Shown here in pieces: positions 50,359 through 62,416 of a DNA stretch of 64,000 nt. Numbering within the stretch: the stretch's first letter is position 1; each line of letters begins with the position of its first letter. The translations under genes and the position numbers were made by a program. This DNA is from Candidatus Eiseniibacteriota bacterium (GTDB lineage Bacteria > Eisenbacteria > RBG-16-71-46 > SZUA-252), in contig JANMQV010000151.1 in NCBI GenBank assembly GCA_031370645.1, positions 1-64,000 of the forward strand, in the 5' to 3' direction. Below the pieces are notes generated by a model. The model searched no databases, was not told where the DNA came from, and saw only the letters and a list, made by a program, of their open reading frames with translations.

Positions 50359-51323
50359 AGCGCCGAGCGCGCCCCGGGGCGAAACGCGGCCGGCCGTTTC
50401 GGTGGCGCGCCGTCGCCCCCGCGTCCACCTCGAATCTCGGGCCCGGGTTCGATTGCCTCGGCATGGCCATGGCGCTCCCGCTTTCGGTCACGGCCGAGCG
50501 CATCGCCGACGGATTCCGCATCGCGCGCCGCGGCGAAGGGAGCGACCTCGCGTTCGATCCTCACCGCGATCCGGTCCTCCACGCGTTTCGCCACCTCTGC
50601 CGCGCCGCGCACGAGCCCGTTCCGACCGTGGCGCTCACGATCCGCTCGGCGATTCCCGTCGCGCGCGGACTCGGAAGCAGCGCGGCGGCGATCGTGGCGG
50701 GACTCACGCTGGCGAATCACTGGCTCGGCGGACGATTCGGCGGCGAGGAACTCCTGGCGCAGGCCGTCCGCCTGGAAGGACACCCCGACAATGTCGCGCC
50801 GGCGCTCCTCGGCGGGCTCATTCTCTCCATGCCACTTCAGCGCGGCGGCTTTGAAGCGCTCCGCCTGGCGCCGCCGCGCGGACTCGGCATCACGCTGCTC
50901 GTTCCCGATCTCCGCGTGAGCACGAAGAGGGCGCGGGCGCTCCTCCCGAGGACCATCGCGCTTCACGACGCGGCCGCGAACACGGCGCGGGCGCTCGCGC
51001 TCCTCACCGTCCTCGCGGAACGCCGCTTCGATCTCTTGGCCGACGCCCTCGTGGACGTGTACCATGTGCCGCACCGCGCGCGTCTCATCCCCGGATACGT
51101 TCGGGTCGTCGCGGCGGGCCGGCGCGCCGGCGCCTACGGCGTGACGATCAGCGGAAGCGGACCGACGCTCCTCGCGTTCCACGCGCCGGGAGCGGGGGGC
51201 CGCGTCGGCGCGGCGATGGTTCGCGCGTTCCACCGCGAAGGCATCGCCTCCCGGGCGCTTCCCGGCCGGATCGCGGCCAAGGGCGCCTCCGCGCACACCC
51301 TGCTTGAAACTCGGAACCGCTGA
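50355..51323 (+). CDS. thrB: Homoserine kinase
   Basis: GTGA overlap at 50355; [34 protein letters not shown]. Confidence 0.95.
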   Translation: MKRRARPGAKRGRPFRWRAVAPASTSNLGPGFDCLGMAMALPLSVTAERIADGFRIARRGEGSDLAFDPHRDPVLHAFRHLCRAAHEPVPTVALTIRSAIPVARGLGSSAAAIVAGLTLANHWLGGRFGGEELLAQAVRLEGHPDNVAPALLGGLILSMPLQRGGFEALRLAPPRGLGITLLVPDLRVSTKRARALLPRTIALHDAAANTARALALLTVLAERRFDLLADALVDVYHVPHRARLIPGYVRVVAAGRRAGAYGVTISGSGPTLLAFHAPGAGGRVGAAMVRAFHREGIASRALPGRIAAKGASAHTLLETRNR

Positions 51324-51324
51324 C

Positions 51325-52542
51325 ATGGGTTTGTTGGTTCAGAAGTATGGCGGGACGTCCGTCGGCACGCCGGAGCGAATCCAGCGCGTGGCGGATCGCA
51401 TCGTGGGAACGCGTCGATCGGGAACCGACCTCGTCGTCGTCGTCTCGGCGATGGGCGACACGACCGATGAATTGGCTGATCTCGCGCGTCAGGTGTCTAC
51501 GGAGGAGCATCCGCGGGAAATGGACATGCTCCTCACCTCGGGAGAGCGCATATCGATGGCGCTCGTCTCGATGGCGGTGAACGACCGGGGCCAGGAGGCG
51601 GTCTCCTTCACCGGCTCGCAGAGCGGGATCGTCACCGACACGTCTCATACGCGGGCGAAGATCGTCGAGATCAAGGGCGACCGCATCCGCGAGGAGCTGG
51701 CGAGGGGTCGCGTCGTGATCGTCGCCGGATTCCAGGGTGTGAGCAAGGATCGCGAAGTGACGACGCTCGGCCGCGGCGGTTCCGATACGACGGCGGTGGC
51801 CCTCGCGGCCGCGCTCGGCGCGGAGGAATGCGAAATCTATACCGACGTGGACGGCGTCTACACGGCCGATCCGCGCATTGTCCCGGACGCGAGAAAACTT
51901 CCGGCCCTCACGTACGACGAGATGCTGGAGCTGGCGTCGCTGGGGGCGAAGGTTCTCCACAATCGCTCGGTCGAGATCGCGCGGCGCTTCGGCGTCCCGG
52001 TCCACGTCCGCTCGAGTTTCAACGGGAACGAGGGCACGCGTATTCGAAAGGGTGGAGCGATGGAACAGGTCGTCATTCGCGGAATCGCGCACGACGCGGA
52101 CATAGCGAAGATCGCCTTGCTGGGCGTTCCCGACCGTCCCGGCGTCGCCGCGGAGATCTTCCGCGGCGTCGGAGGGCATGGCGTGAACGTCCGCATGATC
52201 GTGCAGGCGAGCGGCGAGGGCGGGAAGAACGACGTCACCTTCGCCGTCGGCTCGCACGACGTGAAGACCGTGCTCCCGATCGTCGAGGAGATGCGAAAGC
52301 ACCTGAACGCCCGAGCGTTCGTCTACGACCCCGACGTGGCCATCCTCTCGGTCGTGGGCGAGGGGCTTGCCACGTCGCCCGGTACGGCCGGAGCCGTCTT
52401 CGACGCTCTCGCGAAGGCCGACGTGAACATCGAGTTGATCTCCACCTCGTCCATCACGATCACCTGCATGATGCGCCAGCAAGACGTGGAGCGGGCCGTC
52501 CGGTCGCTTCACCAGGCGCTGCAACTGGAGCAGGGGCCCTAG
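51325..52542 (+). CDS. lysC: Aspartate kinase (alpha subunit; probable internal beta start at 52060)
   Basis: VQKYGGTSV, SAMG.TTD, TTLGRGGSD, TDVDGVYTADP, two ACT domains. Confidence 0.97.
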   Translation: MGLLVQKYGGTSVGTPERIQRVADRIVGTRRSGTDLVVVVSAMGDTTDELADLARQVSTEEHPREMDMLLTSGERISMALVSMAVNDRGQEAVSFTGSQSGIVTDTSHTRAKIVEIKGDRIREELARGRVVIVAGFQGVSKDREVTTLGRGGSDTTAVALAAALGAEECEIYTDVDGVYTADPRIVPDARKLPALTYDEMLELASLGAKVLHNRSVEIARRFGVPVHVRSSFNGNEGTRIRKGGAMEQVVIRGIAHDADIAKIALLGVPDRPGVAAEIFRGVGGHGVNVRMIVQASGEGGKNDVTFAVGSHDVKTVLPIVEEMRKHLNARAFVYDPDVAILSVVGEGLATSPGTAGAVFDALAKADVNIELISTSSITITCMMRQQDVERAVRSLHQALQLEQGP

Positions 52543-52567
52543 CGGCGGGCCCGGGAACGCACCCGCC

Positions 52568-53314
52568 ATGGAATGGCGCGAGAAACCATCGGTTCTGCGC
52601 CGCGGAGCGGCACCCCCGGACGAACGTACCTCGGCGATCGTGGTCGCGATCGCCTGTATCCTCCATCTGATCTTCCTTCCGTTCTTCTTCTACAAGGTCC
52701 GGCCGGCCACCGAGATCTCGCTGCCGGCGAGCACGGGGGCGAGAACGCGCTCGCAGCTCGTCCGCCTCTCGCCGCTTCGCACCCTTCCAACGCCGGAGGC
52801 GGCCCCCGCCGCCGCGAAGGCGAAGCCGAAGCCCGCGCTCCTGAAAAAATACCAGCCGGGATCGAAGATCACGATCCGCGACGAGCGGGCGCCGAACAAG
52901 AAGGGAAAGGCCGCGGAGACGAAGCCCGCGCCGAAGGACGCCGACGCGCCGGCCGCGACCGACCTGACGCCGCGCTGGTTTTCCTCCGACTCTTCGCGCG
53001 TCACGAGCGCGAAGACCGACGGCGACTTCCGATTCGCGTACTATCTCGCCACGCTCCGGAACAAGATCGGTTCCCGCTGGGTACCTCCCCCGGGAGTCGA
53101 CGCCCGCGGGCGTCCGGTGAAGACCACCGTTTATTTCCGCGTTCACCGCGACGGCCAGATCTCGCAGGCGACGATCGAATCATCTTCCGGGTACGCGTTC
53201 TTCGATCAGACCGCGATGCGGGCGCTTCTCTCGGCGACGCCGCTTCCGCCGCTTCCGGCGGGATTCACGGACAACTACCTGGGGGTTCACTTTGGCTTCG
53301 AATTCGAACAGTAG
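52568..53314 (+). CDS. TolA/TonB-family energy transducer
   Basis: N-terminal TM with His, Pro/Ala/Lys linker, TonB_C-like domain (SSG..FFDQ.A.RA…PLPPLP). Confidence 0.85.
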   Translation: MEWREKPSVLRRGAAPPDERTSAIVVAIACILHLIFLPFFFYKVRPATEISLPASTGARTRSQLVRLSPLRTLPTPEAAPAAAKAKPKPALLKKYQPGSKITIRDERAPNKKGKAAETKPAPKDADAPAATDLTPRWFSSDSSRVTSAKTDGDFRFAYYLATLRNKIGSRWVPPPGVDARGRPVKTTVYFRVHRDGQISQATIESSSGYAFFDQTAMRALLSATPLPPLPAGFTDNYLGVHFGFEFEQ

Positions 53315-54584
53315 GCTCCTCGCCCCTGGCGCGGTCGCGGGGCTCGTCGTTCTGGCGCTGGCGCTGACGGCTCGCCCCGCGAGGACGCAGACCGACGTCC
53401 GGATCGGCGTGCAGACGTCGGGCAGCACCAAGTCGCCGCTCCTCCTCGCGACGTTTCGCGGTCCGGGCGTGGCCGATGGGGTCCGGGACGTCCCGCGCGG
53501 CGATTTCGAACTCTCGGGACTCTTCAACGTGCGCGACGTGCCGCCCCTGGAAACGAAATTGAGCCCCGACGCCTCGCTCTCCGGGGGCGTTCGTGTCGAG
53601 GGGCTCGTGGAGGCGGAGGGCGCGGGCTGGAAATTCACGGGGGAAGTGTTCGACCTCGGCACCGCGGAGTCGGTCTTCCGCCGCGCTTACACGTTCGATC
53701 GCGGGTCGCTTCGCGCCACCCTCCATCGCTTCTCCGACGACGTCATCGAGGCGCTCACCGGAGAGCGGGGCATCTGCGAGACCTCCGTCGCGTTCGTCCG
53801 GCAGAGCGGAAGAGTGAAGGAGGTCTGGGTGATGGACTACGACGGCGAGAACCAGCGGCAGGTGACGCACGACCGGAGCATCGCGCTCTCGCCGGCGTGG
53901 GCCCCGTGGGGAAGCGAATTCGCGTTCACCACGTTCAAGCGCGGGAATCCCGACATCTATCTCTTCGATCTTCGCCGCGGCGCCTCCTTCCCCTTCTCCA
54001 CGCGCCCCGGGCTCAACACGGCGCCCTCCTATTCGCCCGACGGAAAGTGGATCGCCTGCACCCTGTCGCGCGACGGGAACGCCGAGATCTACCTCGTGAG
54101 CCGCGATGCGCAGACGGCCCGGCGCCTCACGCGAAACCCGCGCATCGACTCTTCGCCCTGCTTCAGCCCGACGGGGCGAGAGATCGTCTTCACGTCGGAC
54201 CGTGGCGGATCGCCGCAGCTCTACGTGATGGACACCGAGGGCCTGAACCAGCGCCTCCTCACGCTCGAGGGGAAGTACAATGATTCGGCCCAGTGGTCGC
54301 CGAAGGGAGAGAAGATCACCTACGCCGCGCGCCACGACGGGACGTTCGACGTCGTCATCATCGAATCGGACGGCCAGAACGCCGTGCAGGTCACGTCCGA
54401 AGCGGGCCAGAACGAGAATCCCCGGTGGTCGGCCGACGGCCGTAAGATCTACTTCTCTAGTTCCCGCACCGGGCGCCGCCAGATCTACCTGATGAATCCC
54501 GACGGGAGCGACGTCGTTCAATTGACGAAGAACGACGAGAACTACAATCCGTCGGCGGGCCCACAGGTCCGGAAGAAGGGATAA
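53292..54584 (+). CDS. tolB: Tol-Pal beta-propeller protein TolB
   Basis: Signal peptide; repeated P.WSP.G / PD40 motifs, FTSDRGGSPQLY. Confidence 0.9.
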   Translation: MASNSNSRLLAPGAVAGLVVLALALTARPARTQTDVRIGVQTSGSTKSPLLLATFRGPGVADGVRDVPRGDFELSGLFNVRDVPPLETKLSPDASLSGGVRVEGLVEAEGAGWKFTGEVFDLGTAESVFRRAYTFDRGSLRATLHRFSDDVIEALTGERGICETSVAFVRQSGRVKEVWVMDYDGENQRQVTHDRSIALSPAWAPWGSEFAFTTFKRGNPDIYLFDLRRGASFPFSTRPGLNTAPSYSPDGKWIACTLSRDGNAEIYLVSRDAQTARRLTRNPRIDSSPCFSPTGREIVFTSDRGGSPQLYVMDTEGLNQRLLTLEGKYNDSAQWSPKGEKITYAARHDGTFDVVIIESDGQNAVQVTSEAGQNENPRWSADGRKIYFSSSRTGRRQIYLMNPDGSDVVQLTKNDENYNPSAGPQVRKKG

Positions 54585-54598
54585 TCCCTCCGCGCGGG

Positions 54599-54628
54599 TT
54601 GACGCTCGCCGGCAGGCTGTGCTACGGT
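54599..54628 (+). promoter_or_regulatory. Putative internal sigma70 promoter TTGACG-N18-TACGGT for pal
   Basis: In the tolB-pal gap; TGC before the -10. Confidence 0.5.
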
Positions 54629-54684
54629 TTGAAATTGGCCGGAAGTCCTTGTCTGACAACACTCTGACCCAAACGAGGGATCGA

Positions 54685-55215
54685 ATGATGCGCCATACAC
54701 CACGGATGGTCAGGTTAGCGATGGCGGGCTTGCTCGCCGCGCTCCTCATGGCTCTCGGATGTGCTTCGCGGAAGCAGGTCTCGACGTCGCAAGTGGAGCC
54801 GCCTCCGCCTCCGCCGACCTCGCAGCAGGACACGCCGACGCCGCCTCCGTCGTCTTCGACGGAGACGCAGGACGAGCCGGAGACGCGGTCGGCCCTCAGC
54901 GATGCCTTCTTCGACTTCGACGAAGCCTCGCTTCGCGCCGACGCGAAGAGCGCGCTCGAAGGCAACGCCAAGTGGATGGAGAAGCATAGCGGGAGCGTGA
55001 TCGTCGAGGGGCACTGCGACGAACGCGGCTCCGTGGAATACAACCTGGCGCTCGGCGAGAAGCGCGCGAAGGCGGCGAAGGAATATCTCGTCTCCTACGG
55101 CATCGCCGCGAATCGTCTGACGACGATTTCCTACGGCAAAGAGCGGCCCTTCGATCCTGGCCACGACGAGAACGCCTGGTCGCAGAACCGCCGGGCCCAC
55201 TTCGTCTCCAAGTGA
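54685..55215 (+). CDS. pal: Peptidoglycan-associated lipoprotein
   Basis: Lipobox ALG-C; FFDFD, EGHCDERGS.EYNLALGEKRA, SYGKERP, NRRAHF. Confidence 0.96.
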   Translation: MMRHTPRMVRLAMAGLLAALLMALGCASRKQVSTSQVEPPPPPPTSQQDTPTPPPSSSTETQDEPETRSALSDAFFDFDEASLRADAKSALEGNAKWMEKHSGSVIVEGHCDERGSVEYNLALGEKRAKAAKEYLVSYGIAANRLTTISYGKERPFDPGHDENAWSQNRRAHFVSK

Positions 55216-56009
55216 TCTCGTCGCGCCGTCCTCCGCGCGCTACCGGGGCGCTTCGGGCGCCGGCCGCTGCCCTCGCGCTCGCCGCCTTCGTGACGGCGGG
55301 CGCTTCCGGCTGCGCTCCGAGCGGCTACTACCGTTCGAGCCAGTCGTCGCTCGATAGCCTGCTCACCACGCAAGCGGAACTCATGAAGCACGTGAATGCG
55401 CTCGACCGGAAGGTGGAGACGACGCGAGAGTCGGTTCAAGCGACCCGCGCGAGCAGCGAGAACCGGATGAACGACCTCTCGGCGCGCATGGAAGTGATCG
55501 AGGGCAAGGTGGACGCCTCGGGCGAGCGATTCAGCCGTGTCGCCGATAAGATCGACAACGTGAAGGAGCGGCTCACTCGCGCCGATAGCGTCCGGGACGC
55601 GGGCGGCTCGATGGTCCGCGATTCCACCGCGATCCTCGACCCCGAGAGCGCTTACAACGCCGCCTACGCGGATCTTTCGGCGGGGCGCTACGATTTGGCG
55701 CGGCAGGCGTTCGTCGAGTACCTGAAGCACTATCCCAGCACCGAGCGCTCCGACAACGCGCAGTACTGGGTCGGGGAGTGCCTCTACGCCACCGGCGATT
55801 TCGACGGCTCGATCGTCGAGTACGCGAAAGTCGTGGAGCGTTACCCGAAAGGGGACAAGGTGGCCGCGGCGCTTCTCAAGTCGGGCTACGCGCACGCTCG
55901 GATGAACCGGCCGGAAGAGGCGAAGAAGTCGTTCCGGCTGGTCGTGCAGCGTTTTCCGAAGAGCGACGAGGCGCGTCTCGCGCGGGAGCGTTTGGCCGCC
56001 AAGTCGTAG
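55212..56009 (+). CDS. cpoB: Tol-Pal protein CpoB/YbgF (coiled coil + TPR)
   Basis: After pal; coiled coil, YP…DNAQYWVGE, ALLKSG TPR motifs. Confidence 0.9.
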   Translation: MISSRRPPRATGALRAPAAALALAAFVTAGASGCAPSGYYRSSQSSLDSLLTTQAELMKHVNALDRKVETTRESVQATRASSENRMNDLSARMEVIEGKVDASGERFSRVADKIDNVKERLTRADSVRDAGGSMVRDSTAILDPESAYNAAYADLSAGRYDLARQAFVEYLKHYPSTERSDNAQYWVGECLYATGDFDGSIVEYAKVVERYPKGDKVAAALLKSGYAHARMNRPEEAKKSFRLVVQRFPKSDEARLARERLAAKS

Positions 56010-56033
56010 ATTTCAAGTCGCCCCATCGTTCGT

Positions 56034-56053
56034 CGCCGGGGAACGCCCCGGCG
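56034..56053. terminator. Hairpin between cpoB and clpB
   Basis: CGCCGGGG-AACG-CCCCGGCG; no clear U-tract. Confidence 0.45.
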
Positions 56054-56065
56054 CGGTAGAACCAG

Positions 56066-58711
<2,646 letters not shown>

Positions 58712-58791
58712 CGCCCTCGCGGACCGGCGGCTAGCGTGGCGGTTCGCGTTTCAGGAACCCGATCGAAGTCCACATCACCCCGCCGAGGACC

Positions 58792-59274
58792 ATGACGGTC
58801 GGTCTATTCATGCGCCTTTCCGAGCTATTGAACGAGCAATCGATCAGTCTGTCTCTCACGGCTCGCGACAAGGAGTCGTGTATCAAGGAGTTGGTGCAGC
58901 TCCTCGAGACGGCGCATGGCGTGAACACGAAGGGGGAGATCCTCAGTAAGGTTTTGCAGCGCGAGTCGATGATGTCGACCGGCATCGGAAACGGTGTCGC
59001 CATTCCCCACGGCAAGACCCGCCTCCTCGATCATCTGGTGGCCGCGTGCGCCGTCAGCCCCGCCGGCGTGGAGTTCGACACGATGGACGGGGAGCCGGCG
59101 ACCCTCTTCATTCTCCTGGTCTCCCCCGAAAGCCTCCGCGGTCCCCACGTGAAGGCATTGGCGAACGTGTCGCGCCTCCTGAAAGAGGAATCGATCCGAA
59201 CAGCCCTTCGCCAAAGCGCCACGCCGCAGCAGTTTCTCGAGGTCCTTCGGGACGCCGAGAGCCGGTTTCTGTAG
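58792..59274 (+). CDS. ptsN: PTS EIIA (Ntr/fructose-mannitol type); alternative start 58810
   Basis: RE..MSTGIGNGVAIPHG phospho-His motif; TTGACG-N18-TAGCGT at 58708-58737 upstream. Confidence 0.9.
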   Translation: MTVGLFMRLSELLNEQSISLSLTARDKESCIKELVQLLETAHGVNTKGEILSKVLQRESMMSTGIGNGVAIPHGKTRLLDHLVAACAVSPAGVEFDTMDGEPATLFILLVSPESLRGPHVKALANVSRLLKEESIRTALRQSATPQQFLEVLRDAESRFL

Positions 59275-59370
59275 GGATTTCCGCCGAACGGCCGTGTTGA
59301 CGTCGGGGCCGCCCCCCTGGTACCGTTCCGCCATCACCTGCCGTCCCCCAGAAAGGAGTCAATCCCTTCC

Positions 59371-60711
59371 ATGAAGTCGTTTCATGGCCTATTGGTGGGC
59401 GCCCTTTTGCTTGCGGCGTTCGCCGGTTGCTCCCCCAAAGATAAGAGGGTCAACAGCGTAGGTTCCTACGCTCCCATCATCACGGGGATGAAGAACACCA
59501 CCGGAGAGCCGGCGATTCGCGGCATTCCGAACGAACTCCAGGTCCTCATCACGAACGTCAACAATCTGACGCTGACCATTCACTGGAAGGCGACCGCCGG
59601 GACGCTATCGGACTCCACCGGCACTACGGCCGTCTGGACCCCTCCCAACGCGGTCGAGACCGACACCATCGTTGTCTCCGTCGAGGCGAACGACGGCACG
59701 CAGTCCTTCTTCAAGACGACGACCTTCCCGATGTACGTGGACAACCGCTACGAGCGGTGGACGAGGGACATCGGGATTCAGTACGACCTCGCGCCTACGA
59801 CGAGCGGTGCGCTGGTCTACGCGCAGCTCCGGAACAACCTCACCGGGGAGGGGGACGTCTACCGCGTCACCTCGCCTCTTGGCCTCACCGAGAAGCTGAC
59901 GACCGACTTCTTCTCCGTCTCGTCGCCCACTCCGCGAGGGGACGAGCAGATGGTCGCCTTCGCCGGACGCCGGCGCACGACCGATGCGACCTCGATCTGG
60001 CTGACCCCGTGGGCGGGCGCCGACACCTTGACGGCCACCCTGCTGACGTCCACCAACACGATCTTCCAGCGATACGTCTCGAACCCGCGCTTCTCCTGGA
60101 TCGGCGGCTTCCTCATGTACGCCTCCGATTCGCTGCTGACGGGTTTTCCGAAACTCCGGTACCGCGACATCATCAACAACACGTCGCCGGTGAACATCAT
60201 GGACATCACGATCAACGCCAATCTGATCTTTAATTCCTATTTCCCGGCCAACTGGGGGCCGGGCGGCACGAACACGACCCCGCCGGATTCGGTGGTCACT
60301 CCGTCCGTTTTCTCCTTCAACGCGGTCGGACAGACGGCGCGGGGAACGTTCAAGTTCCAAACGCCGCGCTTCATCGATCCCCCGCCGCTCGACGACCAAG
60401 TCTGGATGGCCGACACAACGATGGCTGAGCCCGATTGGACGTTCGACGGAAACTACATCGTCTACTCGCGGCGCGATCCGACGCGCACCGACCGCGATAT
60501 CTGGATCATCGCGACGAACGCGACGAGTCTCGCTCAGGCCAAGCAGGTCACGCGCGGCCCCGCGGACGACTCGCACCCGCGCTTCTCGAAGGACGGGACG
60601 AAGATCTTCTTCGTCTCGAATCGACAGGACCGATACGGGCTGAATGGAATCTTCGCCAGGGAACGGCGCGGAACTAATCTCTGGAGCGTCCAGCTCTACG
60701 ACTTACCCTAG
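59371..60711 (+). CDS. Lipoprotein with N-terminal Ig-like domain and TolB-like (PD40) beta-propeller
   Basis: AAGGAG RBS; lipobox FAG-C; PDWTFDG, HPRFSKDG.KIFFVSNR; TTGACG-N18-TACCGT at 59297-59326. Confidence 0.75.
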   Translation: MKSFHGLLVGALLLAAFAGCSPKDKRVNSVGSYAPIITGMKNTTGEPAIRGIPNELQVLITNVNNLTLTIHWKATAGTLSDSTGTTAVWTPPNAVETDTIVVSVEANDGTQSFFKTTTFPMYVDNRYERWTRDIGIQYDLAPTTSGALVYAQLRNNLTGEGDVYRVTSPLGLTEKLTTDFFSVSSPTPRGDEQMVAFAGRRRTTDATSIWLTPWAGADTLTATLLTSTNTIFQRYVSNPRFSWIGGFLMYASDSLLTGFPKLRYRDIINNTSPVNIMDITINANLIFNSYFPANWGPGGTNTTPPDSVVTPSVFSFNAVGQTARGTFKFQTPRFIDPPPLDDQVWMADTTMAEPDWTFDGNYIVYSRRDPTRTDRDIWIIATNATSLAQAKQVTRGPADDSHPRFSKDGTKIFFVSNRQDRYGLNGIFARERRGTNLWSVQLYDLP

Positions 60712-60764
60712 GGAAATCGATCGGGGGACCGGACGGCCCGCCCGGTTCCCCCGATGAGGTCCCC

Positions 60765-61964
60765 ATGAAGCAGCGAGATCCCTCTCGCCTGTCGTTCAAC
60801 ACCCTCTGCGTGCACGGCTCCGGCGGCGCCGACCCGGCGACGGGGGCCATTTCCACTCCCATCTACCAGAGCAGCACCTTCGCCTTCGAGAGCGCCGAAG
60901 CCGGCGCCGCCATTTTCGCGGGCGAGCGCGAAGGCTATTTCTACACGCGACTCGGGAATCCGACCCAGGCGGCGTTCGAACGGGAAATGGCGTTCCTGGA
61001 GCGGGGAGAAGCCGCGCTCGCCACCGGAAGCGGCATGGCCGCCACGACGACCGCGGTCCTCACGCTCGTCCGCGCGGGCGAGAATATCGTGGCCGCCCAC
61101 ACGCTCTACGGCGGAACGCACAAGCTCTTCAACGAGCTTCTCCCTCGCTTCGGGGTGGAGGCTCGCACGGTCGACGCCAACGACCCTGAAGCCATCGCGC
61201 GCGCCGTCGACGGAAAGACGCGCCTCCTTTTCGTCGAGACGCCCGCCAATCCGACGCTCTCGATCATCGACCTCCGGCTCTGCGTCCGCGAATGCCGCCG
61301 GCACGGCATTCCGCTCATCGTGGACAACACGTTCGCCACGCCCTACTACCAGCGCCCGCTCGAGCTCGGCGCGGACGTCATCATTCACAGCGCGACGAAG
61401 TACATCGGCGGCCACGGCGACACGGTGGCGGGCGTGATCGTCGGCAAGAAGGATTTCATCCGGAAGGCGCGCTTCGAGATGATCCGCGATCTCGGAGGCA
61501 TCTTGAGTCCGTTCAACGCGTGGCTTCTGCTGCGCGGGCTGAAGACGCTTCCGGTGCGGATGGAGCGGCACTCCGAAAACGCCATGCAGATCGCCCAGTT
61601 CCTCAATTTTCATCCGAAGGTGTCGCGCCTCTGGTATCCGGGTCTTCGAACGCATCCGCAGCATGAGATCGCGGTGAAGCAGATGAGCGGGTTCGGCGGC
61701 ATGCTGGCGTTCGAGCTGAAGGGTGGCCGTGCGGCGGGTGTCACGCTCCTCAACTCCGTCGAGCTCATGACTCTCGCCGTGAGTCTCGGCGACTGCGACA
61801 CGCTCATCGAGCACCCGGCCTCGATGACGCACTCCACCTATTCCTCGGAGGAACTGGCGGCGGTCGGAATCACCGACGGTCTGGTCCGGCTCTCGGTTGG
61901 AATCGAGGGTGTTCAGGATCTGATCGCCGACCTCGACCAAGCCCTGGCCCGGGTGGCCGCGTGA
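60765..61964 (+). CDS. PLP-dependent Cys/Met metabolism enzyme (methionine gamma-lyase / cystathionine lyase-synthase family)
   Basis: PIYQSSTF, YTRLGNPT, SGMAA, ETPANP, DNTFATP, HSATKYIGGHGD, AVSLG, RLSVGIE. Confidence 0.92.
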   Translation: MKQRDPSRLSFNTLCVHGSGGADPATGAISTPIYQSSTFAFESAEAGAAIFAGEREGYFYTRLGNPTQAAFEREMAFLERGEAALATGSGMAATTTAVLTLVRAGENIVAAHTLYGGTHKLFNELLPRFGVEARTVDANDPEAIARAVDGKTRLLFVETPANPTLSIIDLRLCVRECRRHGIPLIVDNTFATPYYQRPLELGADVIIHSATKYIGGHGDTVAGVIVGKKDFIRKARFEMIRDLGGILSPFNAWLLLRGLKTLPVRMERHSENAMQIAQFLNFHPKVSRLWYPGLRTHPQHEIAVKQMSGFGGMLAFELKGGRAAGVTLLNSVELMTLAVSLGDCDTLIEHPASMTHSTYSSEELAAVGITDGLVRLSVGIEGVQDLIADLDQALARVAA

Positions 61965-62416
61965 CCGCCGCCCCGGGCAGTCCCGCCGGGGCGAACGTAC
62001 CGTCGTTCGCCGCGGTCTTCTTCCGCTATTGGTTTCCGGTCTTCGCCTACATCGGACTCATCTTCTCCCTCTCGTCCATCAAGGGGAGCGATATCCCCGG
62101 CGGCTTCCCGAATATGGACAAGATCGCGCATCTCTTGGAGTATTCGCTGCTCGGACTCCTGATCGGGCGCGCCATCCGGTTCACCATGGCCGGCAGGGGG
62201 CTGAAGGTCGCTGCCGTCGTGACGGTGTTGCTCGGGGCGGCGATCGGAGTGGCCGACGAACTTTATCAGCGGCGCGTGCCGGAACGGACCAGCGACGTGC
62301 GGGATTGGATCGTCGATGTGACGGCGGTTGCGTTCTCCGTCCTCTTCACCCAATGGGTGACAACGCGGGCGCTCCGAAAGCGCGCCGCGCGCGAAACTCC
62401 GGAGGCGAATCGATGA
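61961..62416 (+). CDS. VanZ-like membrane protein
   Basis: IFSLSS, DKIAHLLEY, DELYQ..VPER…D. Confidence 0.88.
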   Translation: MTAAPGSPAGANVPSFAAVFFRYWFPVFAYIGLIFSLSSIKGSDIPGGFPNMDKIAHLLEYSLLGLLIGRAIRFTMAGRGLKVAAVVTVLLGAAIGVADELYQRRVPERTSDVRDWIVDVTAVAFSVLFTQWVTTRALRKRAARETPEANR

